Source of the DNA: an uncultured Acidobacterium sp.
GTDB taxonomy: Bacteria > Acidobacteriota > Vicinamibacteria > Vicinamibacterales > UBA2999
Direction of reading: 5' to 3'
DNA length: 64,000 nucleotides
Assembly (NCBI GenBank): GCA_964513235.1
Contig: CAZEMI010000239.1
Location: forward strand, 3,991-67,990
Shown: piece by piece, positions 48,034 to 57,611 of the stretch
Position numbering within the stretch: the first letter of the stretch is position 1
Layout: each line of letters begins with the position of its first letter
Made by a program: the position numbers and the translations under genes
Notes under the pieces: model-generated
Told to the model about the DNA's origin: nothing
The model's database searches: none
What the model saw: the letters and a program-made list of their open reading frames with translations, nothing else

Positions 48034-49368
48034 ATGCAAGACCTCACGACGGGTTCCCTCACAGGTCATCTCCTCAAAACGACCAGCTTCATGCTGGTCA
48101 GCATGATCTTCCAGACGTTGTACGTGCTGGTGGATCTGTTCTGGGTGGGGCGCCTGGGAACCGACGCGATCGCCGCCGTCGGCCTGAGCGCCAACCTGTC
48201 GTTCATCGTCATTGCCATCACGCAAGTGCTGGCGGTTGGGGCGACGACGCTCGTGTCGCATGCGGCGGGCACGAAGGATCAGGAGCGGGCGATCTTCCTG
48301 TTCAACCAGTCGCAGGTGCTGTCGATGGTCGTGGGGATCCTGTTTCTCGGAATCGCGATGGCGCTGCGGCATCAGTACGCGGCCGGCCAGAGCGCCACCG
48401 AGGGCATGCGCATCGCCACCGAGGAGTACTTACTCTGGTTCATTCCGGCGATGGCGCTCCAATTCGCGATGGTGGCCATGGGCGCGGCGCTGCGCGGCAC
48501 CGGCAACTTCAAGCCGGGTATGTATGTGCAGACCGGCACCGTGATCATCAACATGGTGCTCGCGCCGTTCCTGATTTTCGGCTGGGGACCGTTTCCGCGG
48601 ATGGGCGTGAGCGGCGCGGCGGTGGCAACGCTGCTCGCGATCGTCGTCGGCGTGGTCTGGATCTCGTTCTACTTCATCGATGCGAAAGCGTACTTGCGCT
48701 TCCATGCCGGCAGCTGGCGCCCGCAGCTGCGCGTGTGGTGGCAGATGCTGAGGATCGGGCTGCCGGCCGGCGCCGAGTTCGCCTTGATGGGCATCTACAT
48801 GGCCGTGGTCTACGCGATCACCCGGCCGTTCGGGGCCGCTGCCCAGGGCGGATTCACGATTGGCCTGCGCATCGTGCAGTCGGCGTTTCTGCCGGTGGTG
48901 GCACTGGGCTTCGCGGTGGCCCCGGTGGCCGGCCAGAACTTCGCGGCGCGCAAGGGCGAGCGCGTCCGCGCCGCGTTCAAGGCCGCCGCGGGCATGGCGG
49001 CGGGCGCGATGCTGGTGGCCGGGATCGTGATTTTCTTCGCCGCGGTTCCGTTGATGCGCATCTTCACCAGCGATCCCGACGTCATCTCGGTGGGCGTGGA
49101 ATACCTGCGTATCGTGGTGCTGAATTTCGTGGCCTCGGGCATCACGTTCGTGTCGTCGAGCATGTTCCAGGCGATGGGCAACACCATGCCGTCGCTGGTC
49201 ACGTCGGCGCTGCGGCTCTTCGTGAGCATTATTCCCGCGATATTGCTGTCGCGAGTGGCCGGGTTCCACCTGACGTGGATCTGGTACATCAGCGCGGTGG
49301 CGGTGTTCCTGCAGATGAGCGTGAACCTCTTCCTGCTGCAGCGCGAATTCCGACTGAAGCTGGCGTAG
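48034..49368 (+). CDS. MATE-family efflux transporter
   Basis: DLTTGS, LYVLVDLFWVGRLGTDAIAAVG, LRGTGN..PG, GVSGAAVAT, QAMGNT; start re-called at ATG 48034. Confidence 0.9.
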   Translation: MQDLTTGSLTGHLLKTTSFMLVSMIFQTLYVLVDLFWVGRLGTDAIAAVGLSANLSFIVIAITQVLAVGATTLVSHAAGTKDQERAIFLFNQSQVLSMVVGILFLGIAMALRHQYAAGQSATEGMRIATEEYLLWFIPAMALQFAMVAMGAALRGTGNFKPGMYVQTGTVIINMVLAPFLIFGWGPFPRMGVSGAAVATLLAIVVGVVWISFYFIDAKAYLRFHAGSWRPQLRVWWQMLRIGLPAGAEFALMGIYMAVVYAITRPFGAAAQGGFTIGLRIVQSAFLPVVALGFAVAPVAGQNFAARKGERVRAAFKAAAGMAAGAMLVAGIVIFFAAVPLMRIFTSDPDVISVGVEYLRIVVLNFVASGITFVSSSMFQAMGNTMPSLVTSALRLFVSIIPAILLSRVAGFHLTWIWYISAVAVFLQMSVNLFLLQREFRLKLA

Positions 49369-49424
49369 GGATGACACGGATATTCCGTGTAATCGGATCA
49401 AATCCCCTATAATCCAAGAGCTGC

Positions 49425-50981
49425 ATGAAGCTCGCCGTCCCGAGAGAATGCCGCCCCGGCGAACGCCGCGTGGCGGTGACCCCTGAAAACGTTTCGCGAT
49501 TGATCAAGATGGGCTTCGCGGTTGCCGTCGAGCACGACGCCGGCGCCGCGGCCTCCTTTGGCAACGACGACTACCTGGCGGCGGGGGCGGAGGTCATCAC
49601 CGGGCCGCGGGAGATCTGGCAGGCCGGCGACATCGTGCTGAAGGTGCAGCCGCCGGCGATGCACCCGGTGCTCAACGTCCACGAAGCGGATTTGATCCGC
49701 GAGCGCGGCACGTTGATTTCGTTCCTCTACCCCGGCAAGAACAAGGAGATCGTCGAGCGGCTGGCGGCGCGCCAGGCCACGGCGATCGCGGTGGATCAGA
49801 TTCCGCGCATCACCCGCGCGCAGAAGATGGACGCGCTGTCGTCGATGGCCAACATCGCCGGCTATCGCGCGGTGGTCGAGGCCGCCAGTTTCTACGGGCG
49901 TTTTTTCACCGGCCAGATGACGGCGGCCGGAAAGGTGCCGGCGGCGAAGGTGCTGGTGATCGGCGCCGGCGTGGCCGGGCTGGCCGCCATCGGCGCGGCG
50001 CGCGGCATGGGCGCCATCGTGCGCGCGTTCGACACGCGCCCGACGGTCAAGGAACAAGTCAAGAGCATGGGCGCGGAGTTCATCGAGCTCAACGTTCATG
50101 AAGACGGTGAGGGCGCCGGCGGCTACGCGAAGGAGATGAGCCCGGCGTTCATCAAGGCGGAGATGGACATGTTCGCCGCGCAGGCGAAGGATGTCGACAT
50201 CATCATCACCACGGCGCTGATTCCCAACCGCCCGGCACCAATTCTGATCACCGAAGAGATGGTCAAGTCGATGAAGAAGGGATCGGTGATCGTCGACCTG
50301 GCCGCGGAGAACGGCGGCAACTGCGCGTTGACCGAACCCGGCCACGTCGTCGAACGCCACGGCGTGCACATTCTCGGCTACACCGATCTGCCCAGCCGCC
50401 TGGCGCCGACGGCGAGCCTGCTGTTTGGCAACAACCTGACGCACCTGCTGGCCGATCTCGGCGGCGCGAGCCATTTCCACCTCGACCTGGCGGATGAAGT
50501 GGTCCGGGGCGCGCTGGTGCTGCGCGAAGGCGAGCTGCTCTGGCCGCCGCCGGCGAGGCCGCCGCTGGTGTTGCCGCCGGACCCGAAAGTGGTTGCGGTC
50601 AAGACACCGGCCGCCCTGGCGCCCCCGCCAAAGAAGACCAGCATCGCGGGTCCGATCTTTGCAGTCGTCGCGGCCGCGGCGTTGGTGGGTCTCGGTCTCG
50701 TCGCGCCGCCTGCATTCCTCTCGCACCTGACGGTGTTCGCGCTGGCGTGCATCGTGGGGTGGCAGGTGGTGTGGAACGTCACACCCGCTTTGCACACGCC
50801 GCTGATGAGCGTGACCAACGCGATCAGCGGCATCATCGTCATCGGCGGCATGCTGCAGGTGAGCGGCCCGCCCTCCTCCCCGATCGTCATGCTTGGCGCC
50901 GCCGCGATTCTGCTGGCGACGATCAACATCGCCGGCGGCTTCCTCGTCACGCAGCGCATGCTGCGGATGTTCAGGCGCTAG
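49425..50981 (+). CDS. pntA: NAD(P) transhydrogenase alpha subunit (fused alpha)
   Basis: VPRE...[55 protein letters not shown]. Confidence 0.96.
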   Translation: MKLAVPRECRPGERRVAVTPENVSRLIKMGFAVAVEHDAGAAASFGNDDYLAAGAEVITGPREIWQAGDIVLKVQPPAMHPVLNVHEADLIRERGTLISFLYPGKNKEIVERLAARQATAIAVDQIPRITRAQKMDALSSMANIAGYRAVVEAASFYGRFFTGQMTAAGKVPAAKVLVIGAGVAGLAAIGAARGMGAIVRAFDTRPTVKEQVKSMGAEFIELNVHEDGEGAGGYAKEMSPAFIKAEMDMFAAQAKDVDIIITTALIPNRPAPILITEEMVKSMKKGSVIVDLAAENGGNCALTEPGHVVERHGVHILGYTDLPSRLAPTASLLFGNNLTHLLADLGGASHFHLDLADEVVRGALVLREGELLWPPPARPPLVLPPDPKVVAVKTPAALAPPPKKTSIAGPIFAVVAAAALVGLGLVAPPAFLSHLTVFALACIVGWQVVWNVTPALHTPLMSVTNAISGIIVIGGMLQVSGPPSSPIVMLGAAAILLATINIAGGFLVTQRMLRMFRR

Positions 50982-51049
50982 GCCATCGATGAAAACACCA
51001 GGGCCACAGAAGGCGCAGATGTCACTGCTCAATCGCCAAGCGGTGCCGA

Positions 51050-52453
51050 GTGCCTGAGACGCTCGTCACCGTCGCGTATCTGGCCGCCGGATTACTTTTT
51101 ATTTTCAGCCTCGGCGGGCTGTCGGCGCAGGAGTCGGCGCCCCGCGGCAACCTGTTCGGCATGGCCGGCATGCTGATCGCCGTGCTGGTCACGGCCGTTG
51201 GTCCGCGTGTCGACAGCTACATGGTGATGACGGTCGCGCTGGTGATCGGCGGCGCGATCGGCGCCATGCTGGCGGCACGCGTCGGGATGACCTCGATGCC
51301 GCAGCTGGTGGCGATCCTCCACAGCTTCGTCGGCGCGGCGGCGGTGCTCGTCGGCATTGCCACGACGCTCGACCACAGCCAGCTGTTTACCGGCATCGAA
51401 CGGCGCATCCACGACACCGAGATCTTCGTCGGCATCTTCGTCGGCGCCATTACGTTCACCGGGTCGGTGGTGGCCTTCGGCAAGCTGCAGGGCGTGATCG
51501 GCAGCAAGCCGCTCCTGTTGCCGGGCCGCCACGTGATGAACCTGGTGATGCTACTGGCGTGCCTCTATCTCGGCGACGTCTTCGTCACCTACGGCGACTA
51601 CTTCCCCGTGCTCTGGCCGTTACTGGTCGTGACGGCGATCGCCTCGCTGATGGGCATCCACCTGGTGATGGCCATCGGCGGCGCCGACATGCCGGTGGTG
51701 GTCTCGATGTTGAACAGCTACTCGGGGTGGGCCGCGGCGGCGGCGGGCTTCATGCTCGAGAACGACCTGCTGATCATTACCGGCGCGCTGGTCGGTTCGA
51801 GCGGCGCGATCCTCAGCTACATCATGTGCGCCGCGATGAACCGATCGTTCCTGAGCGTGATTCTCGGTGGCTTCGGCGCCGAGGAAGGTGCGGCTCCGGC
51901 GGGCGGATCGGCGCAACCGGCCGGCGAAGTCAAGTCGGTGACGGCGGAAGAGACCGCGGATCTCCTGCGCGATGCCAAGAGCGTGATCGTGGTGCCGGGC
52001 TATGGCATGGCGGTGGCGCAGGCGCAGTACCCGCTGTATGAAGTCACCAAGCTGCTGCGCGACAAGGGCGCGAACGTGCGGTTCGCGATCCATCCCGTGG
52101 CCGGCCGCCTCCCCGGTCACATGAACGTGCTGCTGGCGGAAGCCAAGGTGCCGTACGACATCGTGCTGGAGATGGAAGAGATCAACCAGGAGTTTCCCAC
52201 CACGGACCTGGTGCTCGTGATCGGCGCCAACGACATCGTCAATCCGGGCGCCCTCGACGATCCGTCGAGCCCGATCTACGGCATGCCGATCCTCGAAGTG
52301 TGGAAGGCGAAGACCGCCATCGTGATGAAGCGCGGCATGGCCAGCGGCTATGCCGGGGTCGACAACCCGCTGTTCTACAAGGACAACACGCGGATGCTGT
52401 TCGGCGACGCGAAGAAGATGATCGACGCGGTACTGACCGCGCTGAACAGCTAG
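51050..52453 (+). CDS. pntB: NAD(P) transhydrogenase beta subunit
   Basis: [64 protein letters not shown]. Confidence 0.96.
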   Translation: MPETLVTVAYLAAGLLFIFSLGGLSAQESAPRGNLFGMAGMLIAVLVTAVGPRVDSYMVMTVALVIGGAIGAMLAARVGMTSMPQLVAILHSFVGAAAVLVGIATTLDHSQLFTGIERRIHDTEIFVGIFVGAITFTGSVVAFGKLQGVIGSKPLLLPGRHVMNLVMLLACLYLGDVFVTYGDYFPVLWPLLVVTAIASLMGIHLVMAIGGADMPVVVSMLNSYSGWAAAAAGFMLENDLLIITGALVGSSGAILSYIMCAAMNRSFLSVILGGFGAEEGAAPAGGSAQPAGEVKSVTAEETADLLRDAKSVIVVPGYGMAVAQAQYPLYEVTKLLRDKGANVRFAIHPVAGRLPGHMNVLLAEAKVPYDIVLEMEEINQEFPTTDLVLVIGANDIVNPGALDDPSSPIYGMPILEVWKAKTAIVMKRGMASGYAGVDNPLFYKDNTRMLFGDAKKMIDAVLTALNS

Positions 52454-52483
52454 GCCACCGATTCACACCGATTCGACACCGAT
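52454..52483 (+). repeat. Single arm of the GCCACCGAT-(T/C)ACACCGAT repeat family
   Basis: gccaccgattcacaccgattcgacaccgat directly after the pntB stop; similar to 6877-6896; weaker relative at 50982-51020. Confidence 0.6.
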
Positions 52484-52529
52484 CCACGCGCCTCGCCAGG
52501 GCGCCTTACTTTGTAAATAAAAGTTCTTT

Positions 52530-54041
52530 GTGTATGCTGGGCGGGTGCATTACCTGCTTCGCCGGACGCGACGCGTCAAACTGATCCTCCCGGCCCTCAC
52601 CGAAGCCACCAGCCCCTACTGGCGACCCGTCAAATATTCGCTGTTTCCGCCGCTCGGCCTGGCCACGCTCGCCGCGTATCTCGATCACGACGCCGAGGTC
52701 GCGCTCCAGGACGAGCACGTCGAGCCGCTCGACCTCGACGACGACCCGGACCTGGTAGTGATCCAGGTCTACATCACCAATGCGTATCGCGCCTACCGCA
52801 TCGCGGACCACTACCGGCGCAAGGGCGCGCACGTGGCGCTCGGCGGCCTGCACGTCACCTCCCTGCCCGATGAGGCCGCGCCCCACGCCGACACGATCTT
52901 TCTCGGCCCAGGCGAAGACACGTTCCCCCAATTCCTTCGCGACCTCGCCGGCGGCGTGCCGAAACGTCGTTATGTGTCGCAACTGAGAACGCTCGATCAC
53001 CTGCCGCCCATTCGCCGCGACCTGATCCGGCGCCACCGCTACCTCGTGCCCAATTCGATCGTCGTGTCTCGCGGCTGTCCGCACCACTGCACGTTCTGCT
53101 ACAAGGACGCCTTCTTCGAGGGCGGGCGCTCGTTCTACACGCAGCGCGTGGATGCGGCGCTCGCGGAGATCAACCGGCTGCCGGGACGCCACCTGTATTT
53201 CCTCGACGATCACCTGCTCGGCAACCGCAGGTTCGCCCGCGAGTTGTTCACCGGCATGACCGGGATGAACCGGGTGTTCCAGGGCGCGGCCACCGTGGAT
53301 TCGATCCTGCGCGACGACACGATCGAATACGCCGCCGCCGCGGGCCTGCGCAGCCTGTTCGTGGGATTCGAGACGCTGTCGCCGCGCGGCCTGGCCGGCG
53401 CCGGCAAGCGACAGAACCTCGGCCGCCCATTCGACTCGCCGATTGGCGCGGTGCGCCAGTCGGCTCGCTCAGGGCAGGCGACCCACTATCGGGAGGCCAT
53501 CCGCCGGCTCGACGATCTCGGCATCATGATCAACGGCAGCTTCGTCTTCGGCCTCGATGGCGACGATCCCGACGTGTTTCGGCGCACCGTCGATTGGGCC
53601 GTGGCGAGCGGCATCACGACCGCGACCTTTCACGTGCTCACGCCCTATCCGGGCACGCAGCTGTACGCCGAGATGACCGGGCAAGGGCGAATCGTGACCG
53701 GCAACTGGGATCTCTACGACACGCGGCACGTGGTCTATCGGCCGCTTGGGCTGTCCGCGGAGGAGCTCACGCGCGGCTACGACTGGTCGTACCGCGCCTT
53801 CTATGAGTGGGGCGCCATCGTCAAGGGGGCATTCGCGCATCGATCGGCGAAGCATTCCCTGAAGCACTTCGCGTACAGCGCCGGCTGGAAGAAGTTCGAG
53901 CCCGCGTGGGACGTCGTCATTCGCCTCAAGCAACTGGCGCAGATGCGGCCGTTGCTCGAGGCGATCCTCGCACCCGTGCGACACGCTCCGCAAATCGCGG
54001 CAGCCCCGGTTGCGCTAGAATCGCGGCACCTCTCCCGTTGA
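52530..54041 (+). CDS. B12-binding radical SAM protein
   Basis: PPLGLATLA, LGGLHVT (B12 domain), SRGCPHHCTFC (CxxxCxxC), FVGFET, GSFVFGLDGD, LTPYPGT; likely start GTG 52545. Confidence 0.92.
   Translation: MYAGRVHYLLRRTRRVKLILPALTEATSPYWRPVKYSLFPPLGLATLAAYLDHDAEVALQDEHVEPLDLDDDPDLVVIQVYITNAYRAYRIADHYRRKGAHVALGGLHVTSLPDEAAPHADTIFLGPGEDTFPQFLRDLAGGVPKRRYVSQLRTLDHLPPIRRDLIRRHRYLVPNSIVVSRGCPHHCTFCYKDAFFEGGRSFYTQRVDAALAEINRLPGRHLYFLDDHLLGNRRFARELFTGMTGMNRVFQGAATVDSILRDDTIEYAAAAGLRSLFVGFETLSPRGLAGAGKRQNLGRPFDSPIGAVRQSARSGQATHYREAIRRLDDLGIMINGSFVFGLDGDDPDVFRRTVDWAVASGITTATFHVLTPYPGTQLYAEMTGQGRIVTGNWDLYDTRHVVYRPLGLSAEELTRGYDWSYRAFYEWGAIVKGAFAHRSAKHSLKHFAYSAGWKKFEPAWDVVIRLKQLAQMRPLLEAILAPVRHAPQIAAAPVALESRHLSR
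53425..53475. repeat. REP-like palindrome inserted in frame in the radical SAM gene
   Basis: gccc-a-ttcgactc...gctcagggc is the reverse complement of the 29427 element, with a 12-bp inner hairpin gccgattggcgc/gcgccagtcggc. Confidence 0.75.
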
Positions 54042-54053
54042 GAGTGACGAACC

Positions 54054-54443
54054 ATGAAGTCGCCAAACGGCCGCTGCACGGTCACGAAGATCGACTACAA
54101 CGAAACTCGCATGGGTGGTCCGCTGATCGGGCGGATTCACGTCGATGGCGGCCGCGCGAAAACCGGGGAGCGCGAATTCGGAGAGGCGATGGCGTTTAGT
54201 CCCGACTCGCGTTACCTGGCCATCGGCGAACTCGTCGGCGTGACCAGGGACCATGCCGGGCCGCACAGCCAGGTCGTGGTTTTCGACCTCGAGCTGGGGA
54301 AGGAATACGTCGTTCATGACGAATACGGCGGATTGATCCACGGCGTGTCCTGGGATGTGCAAGGCTGCCTGTCGGTGACCGCGTGGCGGTACCCGGACGG
54401 TGAATCGGAACACCGCGACGTTTGGGGGCCGAGCCTGCCATGA
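54054..54443 (+). CDS. Small beta-rich hypothetical protein (partial propeller-like)
   Basis: AFSPDSRYLAIGE..VVVFDL; stop overlaps the next ATG. Confidence 0.55.
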   Translation: MKSPNGRCTVTKIDYNETRMGGPLIGRIHVDGGRAKTGEREFGEAMAFSPDSRYLAIGELVGVTRDHAGPHSQVVVFDLELGKEYVVHDEYGGLIHGVSWDVQGCLSVTAWRYPDGESEHRDVWGPSLP

Positions 54444-55012
54444 TCGATCAGATCGCGGCGGTGATCGTGAGCGAGAACAAATGGCTGCCGCTGGCCATGT
54501 CCGCGGCGGTCGGGTCGGTGGCCGTGTTGCTCGCCCGGCAGCGCGGCTCGGATCTGCCCACGACTCGCCTCGTGATGGCGGCGATGAATCTCTTCGCCGG
54601 CGTCATGCTCGCGACGATGGGAGCCGGGCACGTGCTGGCGGTGACCACGAAGCTGCTGCTCGGGACGCTGGAAGGATCACCGCTCGTCCTGTATCCAATC
54701 GGCGCCGCGGTCCTCGTGCCGTCGTGGCTCGTCATCGCTCACACCCGCGCGATCATGGTCAGAGCGGATTCCGGCAGGACAACCATCGGCCTCAACGCCT
54801 GGCTCGCCGTCACGCTCATGGCGCTGGGGCTGCACAACTTGCCGCTCGCGGCGCCCTCGTTGTTAAATATCGGCTATCGCCTGCACTCGCGCCGGGCGAT
54901 CGGCATGGCGATCGTCAGCGTGGCGGTGGTGTTCAACGTGGCGCTGTTCATCGGCGCGTTGGTGTTCATGGCCAGCGGACAGACGTTCGAACAGTTCAGT
55001 GAAATCGAATAG
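54440..55012 (+). CDS. Integral membrane protein of unknown function
   Basis: Five to six hydrophobic helices; start ATG 54440. Confidence 0.65.
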   Translation: MIDQIAAVIVSENKWLPLAMSAAVGSVAVLLARQRGSDLPTTRLVMAAMNLFAGVMLATMGAGHVLAVTTKLLLGTLEGSPLVLYPIGAAVLVPSWLVIAHTRAIMVRADSGRTTIGLNAWLAVTLMALGLHNLPLAAPSLLNIGYRLHSRRAIGMAIVSVAVVFNVALFIGALVFMASGQTFEQFSEIE

Positions 55013-55021
55013 GCACTGCCT

Positions 55022-55519
55022 ATGACGGTCGATCCTGATCCCGCCGCGCTCGTCTCGTCGTTCGCCGACGCGGCACTGCGTGTCGAGACGTTGGGTCGGC
55101 TGCAACAGCTCGGCGTCGCGGCGCTGCCGGCGGTCCGGGAAGGGCTGAAGCACCCCGACTGGCACATCCGGCACTGGTGCGCCATCTACCTCGATCGCGG
55201 CGCCGATCCCGAGACGCTCCGCGACCTGGTGCCCTTGCTGACGGATCCGGAACCTAAAGTGCGCGTGTGGGCGATCCATTCGATCTCGTGCGAGCACTGC
55301 AAGGATGACGAGTGCCCGGTCGACGTGGTGCCTCTGCTAATCGAGCGTGCCGAGCGGGATAGCGTGCCGCGCGTTCGGAAGATGGCAATCGCGATGCTGG
55401 CCAGCCTGCCCGACGATCCCCGGATCGCCCCGGTCCTGCAACGCGCGCTCGTGGTCGAGTCGGATGCGAAAATTCGCCTGCACGCCAGGCTCGGTCTCGA
55501 GAAGTATTCAACCGCGTAA
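55022..55519 (+). CDS. HEAT-repeat protein with a CxxCx4C motif
   Basis: LKHPDWHIRHW, LTDPEPKVRVWA, DSVPRVRKMA; SCEHCKDDEC. Confidence 0.7.
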   Translation: MTVDPDPAALVSSFADAALRVETLGRLQQLGVAALPAVREGLKHPDWHIRHWCAIYLDRGADPETLRDLVPLLTDPEPKVRVWAIHSISCEHCKDDECPVDVVPLLIERAERDSVPRVRKMAIAMLASLPDDPRIAPVLQRALVVESDAKIRLHARLGLEKYSTA

Positions 55520-55560
55520 GCCGCGCGTCGGGCGGTCGCGCAGGGTAACATGACGCATTC

Positions 55561-56385
55561 ATGAGCTCCGTTTTCGCCGACGCCACGCTGGCGCGGCGCC
55601 TCGAAACCACCGAGGGTCAGGGCAACGCCGCGTTTGTCGACGCGCAGGCGCGGCACGAGCCGTACTCCGGCGCCATCCGCACCGGGATTGCCGGCACGCA
55701 GGTCATGTTCGCCGGCGTCGGTTCGCCGATCACCCAAACGTTCGGCCTCGGCATCCATCAGCGTCCCGGCGACCGTGACCTCGATGCGATCGAGCGTTTT
55801 TTCACGTCACGGGGGTCCGCGGTCTTTCACGAAGTGAGCCCGCACGCCGGCGTCGAGGTGCTGGCGATGCTCGCGGGGCGCGGCTACAAGCCGGTTGAGA
55901 TCTCGAACGTCATGTTTCGGGAGATCAAGGGTGCGCAGGGTGCACAGGGTGCGCAAGGTGCGCAAGGTGCACAGGGTGCCCTTCGGGTCAGGCGCGTCCA
56001 TCTCGACGAGGCCGAGTGGTATGGCAGCATTGCGGCACGCGGGTGGAGCCAGGAAGCGCCGGAAGTCTTGCCATTCATCCACGGCTTCGCCCGATCCAGC
56101 GTGGAATGCGCCACGTGTTTCGTCGCCGAGCACGATGGCCAGGCCATTGCCACCGCCGCGCTGTTCATGCATGGCGGCGTCGCATTGTTGGCGGGCGCGA
56201 GCACGGTACCCGAAGGCCGCCGCAAGGGCGCGCAACTCGCGCTGCTCGACACTCGTCTCAGTACCGCGGCATCACACGGGTGCGACCTGGCGATGATGGT
56301 CGCCGCGCCGGGCAGCGCCTCGCAGCGCAACGCCGAGCGGAATGGTTTTCGCGTCGCTTACACACGCACCAAATGGCAATTATGA
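55561..56385 (+). CDS. GNAT-family acetyltransferase
   Basis: ALLAGASTVPEGRRKGAQLALL..RL..A...GCDLA....PGSASQRNAERNGF. Confidence 0.85.
   Translation: MSSVFADATLARRLETTEGQGNAAFVDAQARHEPYSGAIRTGIAGTQVMFAGVGSPITQTFGLGIHQRPGDRDLDAIERFFTSRGSAVFHEVSPHAGVEVLAMLAGRGYKPVEISNVMFREIKGAQGAQGAQGAQGAQGALRVRRVHLDEAEWYGSIAARGWSQEAPEVLPFIHGFARSSVECATCFVAEHDGQAIATAALFMHGGVALLAGASTVPEGRRKGAQLALLDTRLSTAASHGCDLAMMVAAPGSASQRNAERNGFRVAYTRTKWQL
55930..55980 (+). repeat. 9-bp tandem repeat GGTGC(G/A)CA(G/A) x5.7, encoding (GAQ)5GA
   Basis: ggtgcgcag ggtgcacag ggtgcgcaa ggtgcgcaa ggtgcacag ggtgcc. Confidence 0.85.
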
Positions 56386-56438
56386 AGACATGGGCCGGGG
56401 GTGGCACTTCTTGCCGGGGTCGACGTCACGTGCCGGGA

Positions 56439-57611
56439 ATGGCACTACGGGCCGGGTTAATCGTTGCGCTGATCTTCGCGAACTCGCCGAGCGCGTTGGC
56501 GCAGTCGACGCGCGTCGAGACCATCGCCGAAGAACAGGCCGAGAAGGCCAGGCAGCTGGGCGCCGAGGGCCCGGGCGGGGCCGAACAGGTGATCCGACGG
56601 GTCCTGCTCTCGCCGCTGCTGTCGGGCGGCGACGGCGCCTATCCCTGGTTCGGCAGCGTCTACAGCGGCACGGGCATGGCGATCGGCGCCGGCTACCTGA
56701 AACGCCTCGAGAAGGCGGCCTCGATCAACGTGCAGACCGGCATCTCGCTCAACAACTCGATGATGCTGCGCGGCAACGTCGTGGCGCCGGAATTGTGGCG
56801 CGGTATGTTGCAAGTCGACGCCAGTGCGCAGTGGATGGACGCGCGCGGCGTGTCGTTCTACGGTCTCGGCCAGCACTCGTCGAAACAGACGCGGCAACGC
56901 TACGACTACACACCGATGGAAGCCGGCGCCAACGCCACGCTCAAGCCGATGCGGTTCCTGTCGGTGAGCGGCAGCTATTCGTTCCTCGCCCTCGATACCA
57001 ATCGCGATCTGCAGTTTTTCACCGAGGCCGAAATGCCGGGCATCGATCGCGAGCTGGCCTACCACGTGACGCGGGCGACGGTGGCCCTCGACTGGCGCAC
57101 CTCGCCAGGCTACAGCACCCGGGGCGGCTACTATCGCGCGACGATCGAACGCAACCGCGAGACCGGCGGTGAGCCGTTCTCGTTCCGGTCGCAGGAATAC
57201 GAGCTGGTGCAGCTGCTGCCGCTCATGCGCGAACAGTTCGTGCTGGCCGCGCGCGCCCTGATAACGGTCACCACGCCCGATGCCGGCCACGACGTGCCGG
57301 TGATGCTGGCGCCGTTTCTCGGCAGCGGCAGCACGTTGCGCGGGTTCGCGAATCGCCGGTTGTCGGATCGCAATCGCGTGCTGTTCAGCGGTGAATATCG
57401 CTGGCGGCCGTCACGCTATCTCGACATGGCCCTGTTCATGGATGCCGGCCAGGTGGCCGCCGATCGCCGTGATTTTCGCGCCGGCGAGTTCGAAACCGCG
57501 TGGGGACTGGGCGCGCGGTTCCATGGACCGAACTTCAACGCCTTGAGGATCGAGGCGGCACGGGGCCGTGAAGGCCTCCGCCTGATCTTCGCCGGATCGC
57601 AGGCCTTCTGA
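56439..57611 (+). CDS. Omp85 (BamA/TamA-superfamily) beta-barrel without POTRA domains
   Basis: Signal peptide; amphipathic strands; LGSGSTLRGF loop-6 motif; LFSGEYRW, LFMDAGQV, WGLGARF; terminal Phe; alternative start ATG 56382. Confidence 0.75.
   Translation: MALRAGLIVALIFANSPSALAQSTRVETIAEEQAEKARQLGAEGPGGAEQVIRRVLLSPLLSGGDGAYPWFGSVYSGTGMAIGAGYLKRLEKAASINVQTGISLNNSMMLRGNVVAPELWRGMLQVDASAQWMDARGVSFYGLGQHSSKQTRQRYDYTPMEAGANATLKPMRFLSVSGSYSFLALDTNRDLQFFTEAEMPGIDRELAYHVTRATVALDWRTSPGYSTRGGYYRATIERNRETGGEPFSFRSQEYELVQLLPLMREQFVLAARALITVTTPDAGHDVPVMLAPFLGSGSTLRGFANRRLSDRNRVLFSGEYRWRPSRYLDMALFMDAGQVAADRRDFRAGEFETAWGLGARFHGPNFNALRIEAARGREGLRLIFAGSQAF

Noticed and set aside
48034-49368. MATE protein as an RFT1-like flippase for the ALG-like locus
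   Set aside because: RFT1 and MATE share the MOP superfamily, but this protein has ordinary NorM/DinF-type motifs and is divergently transcribed. A PglK-like ABC exporter is the better candidate.
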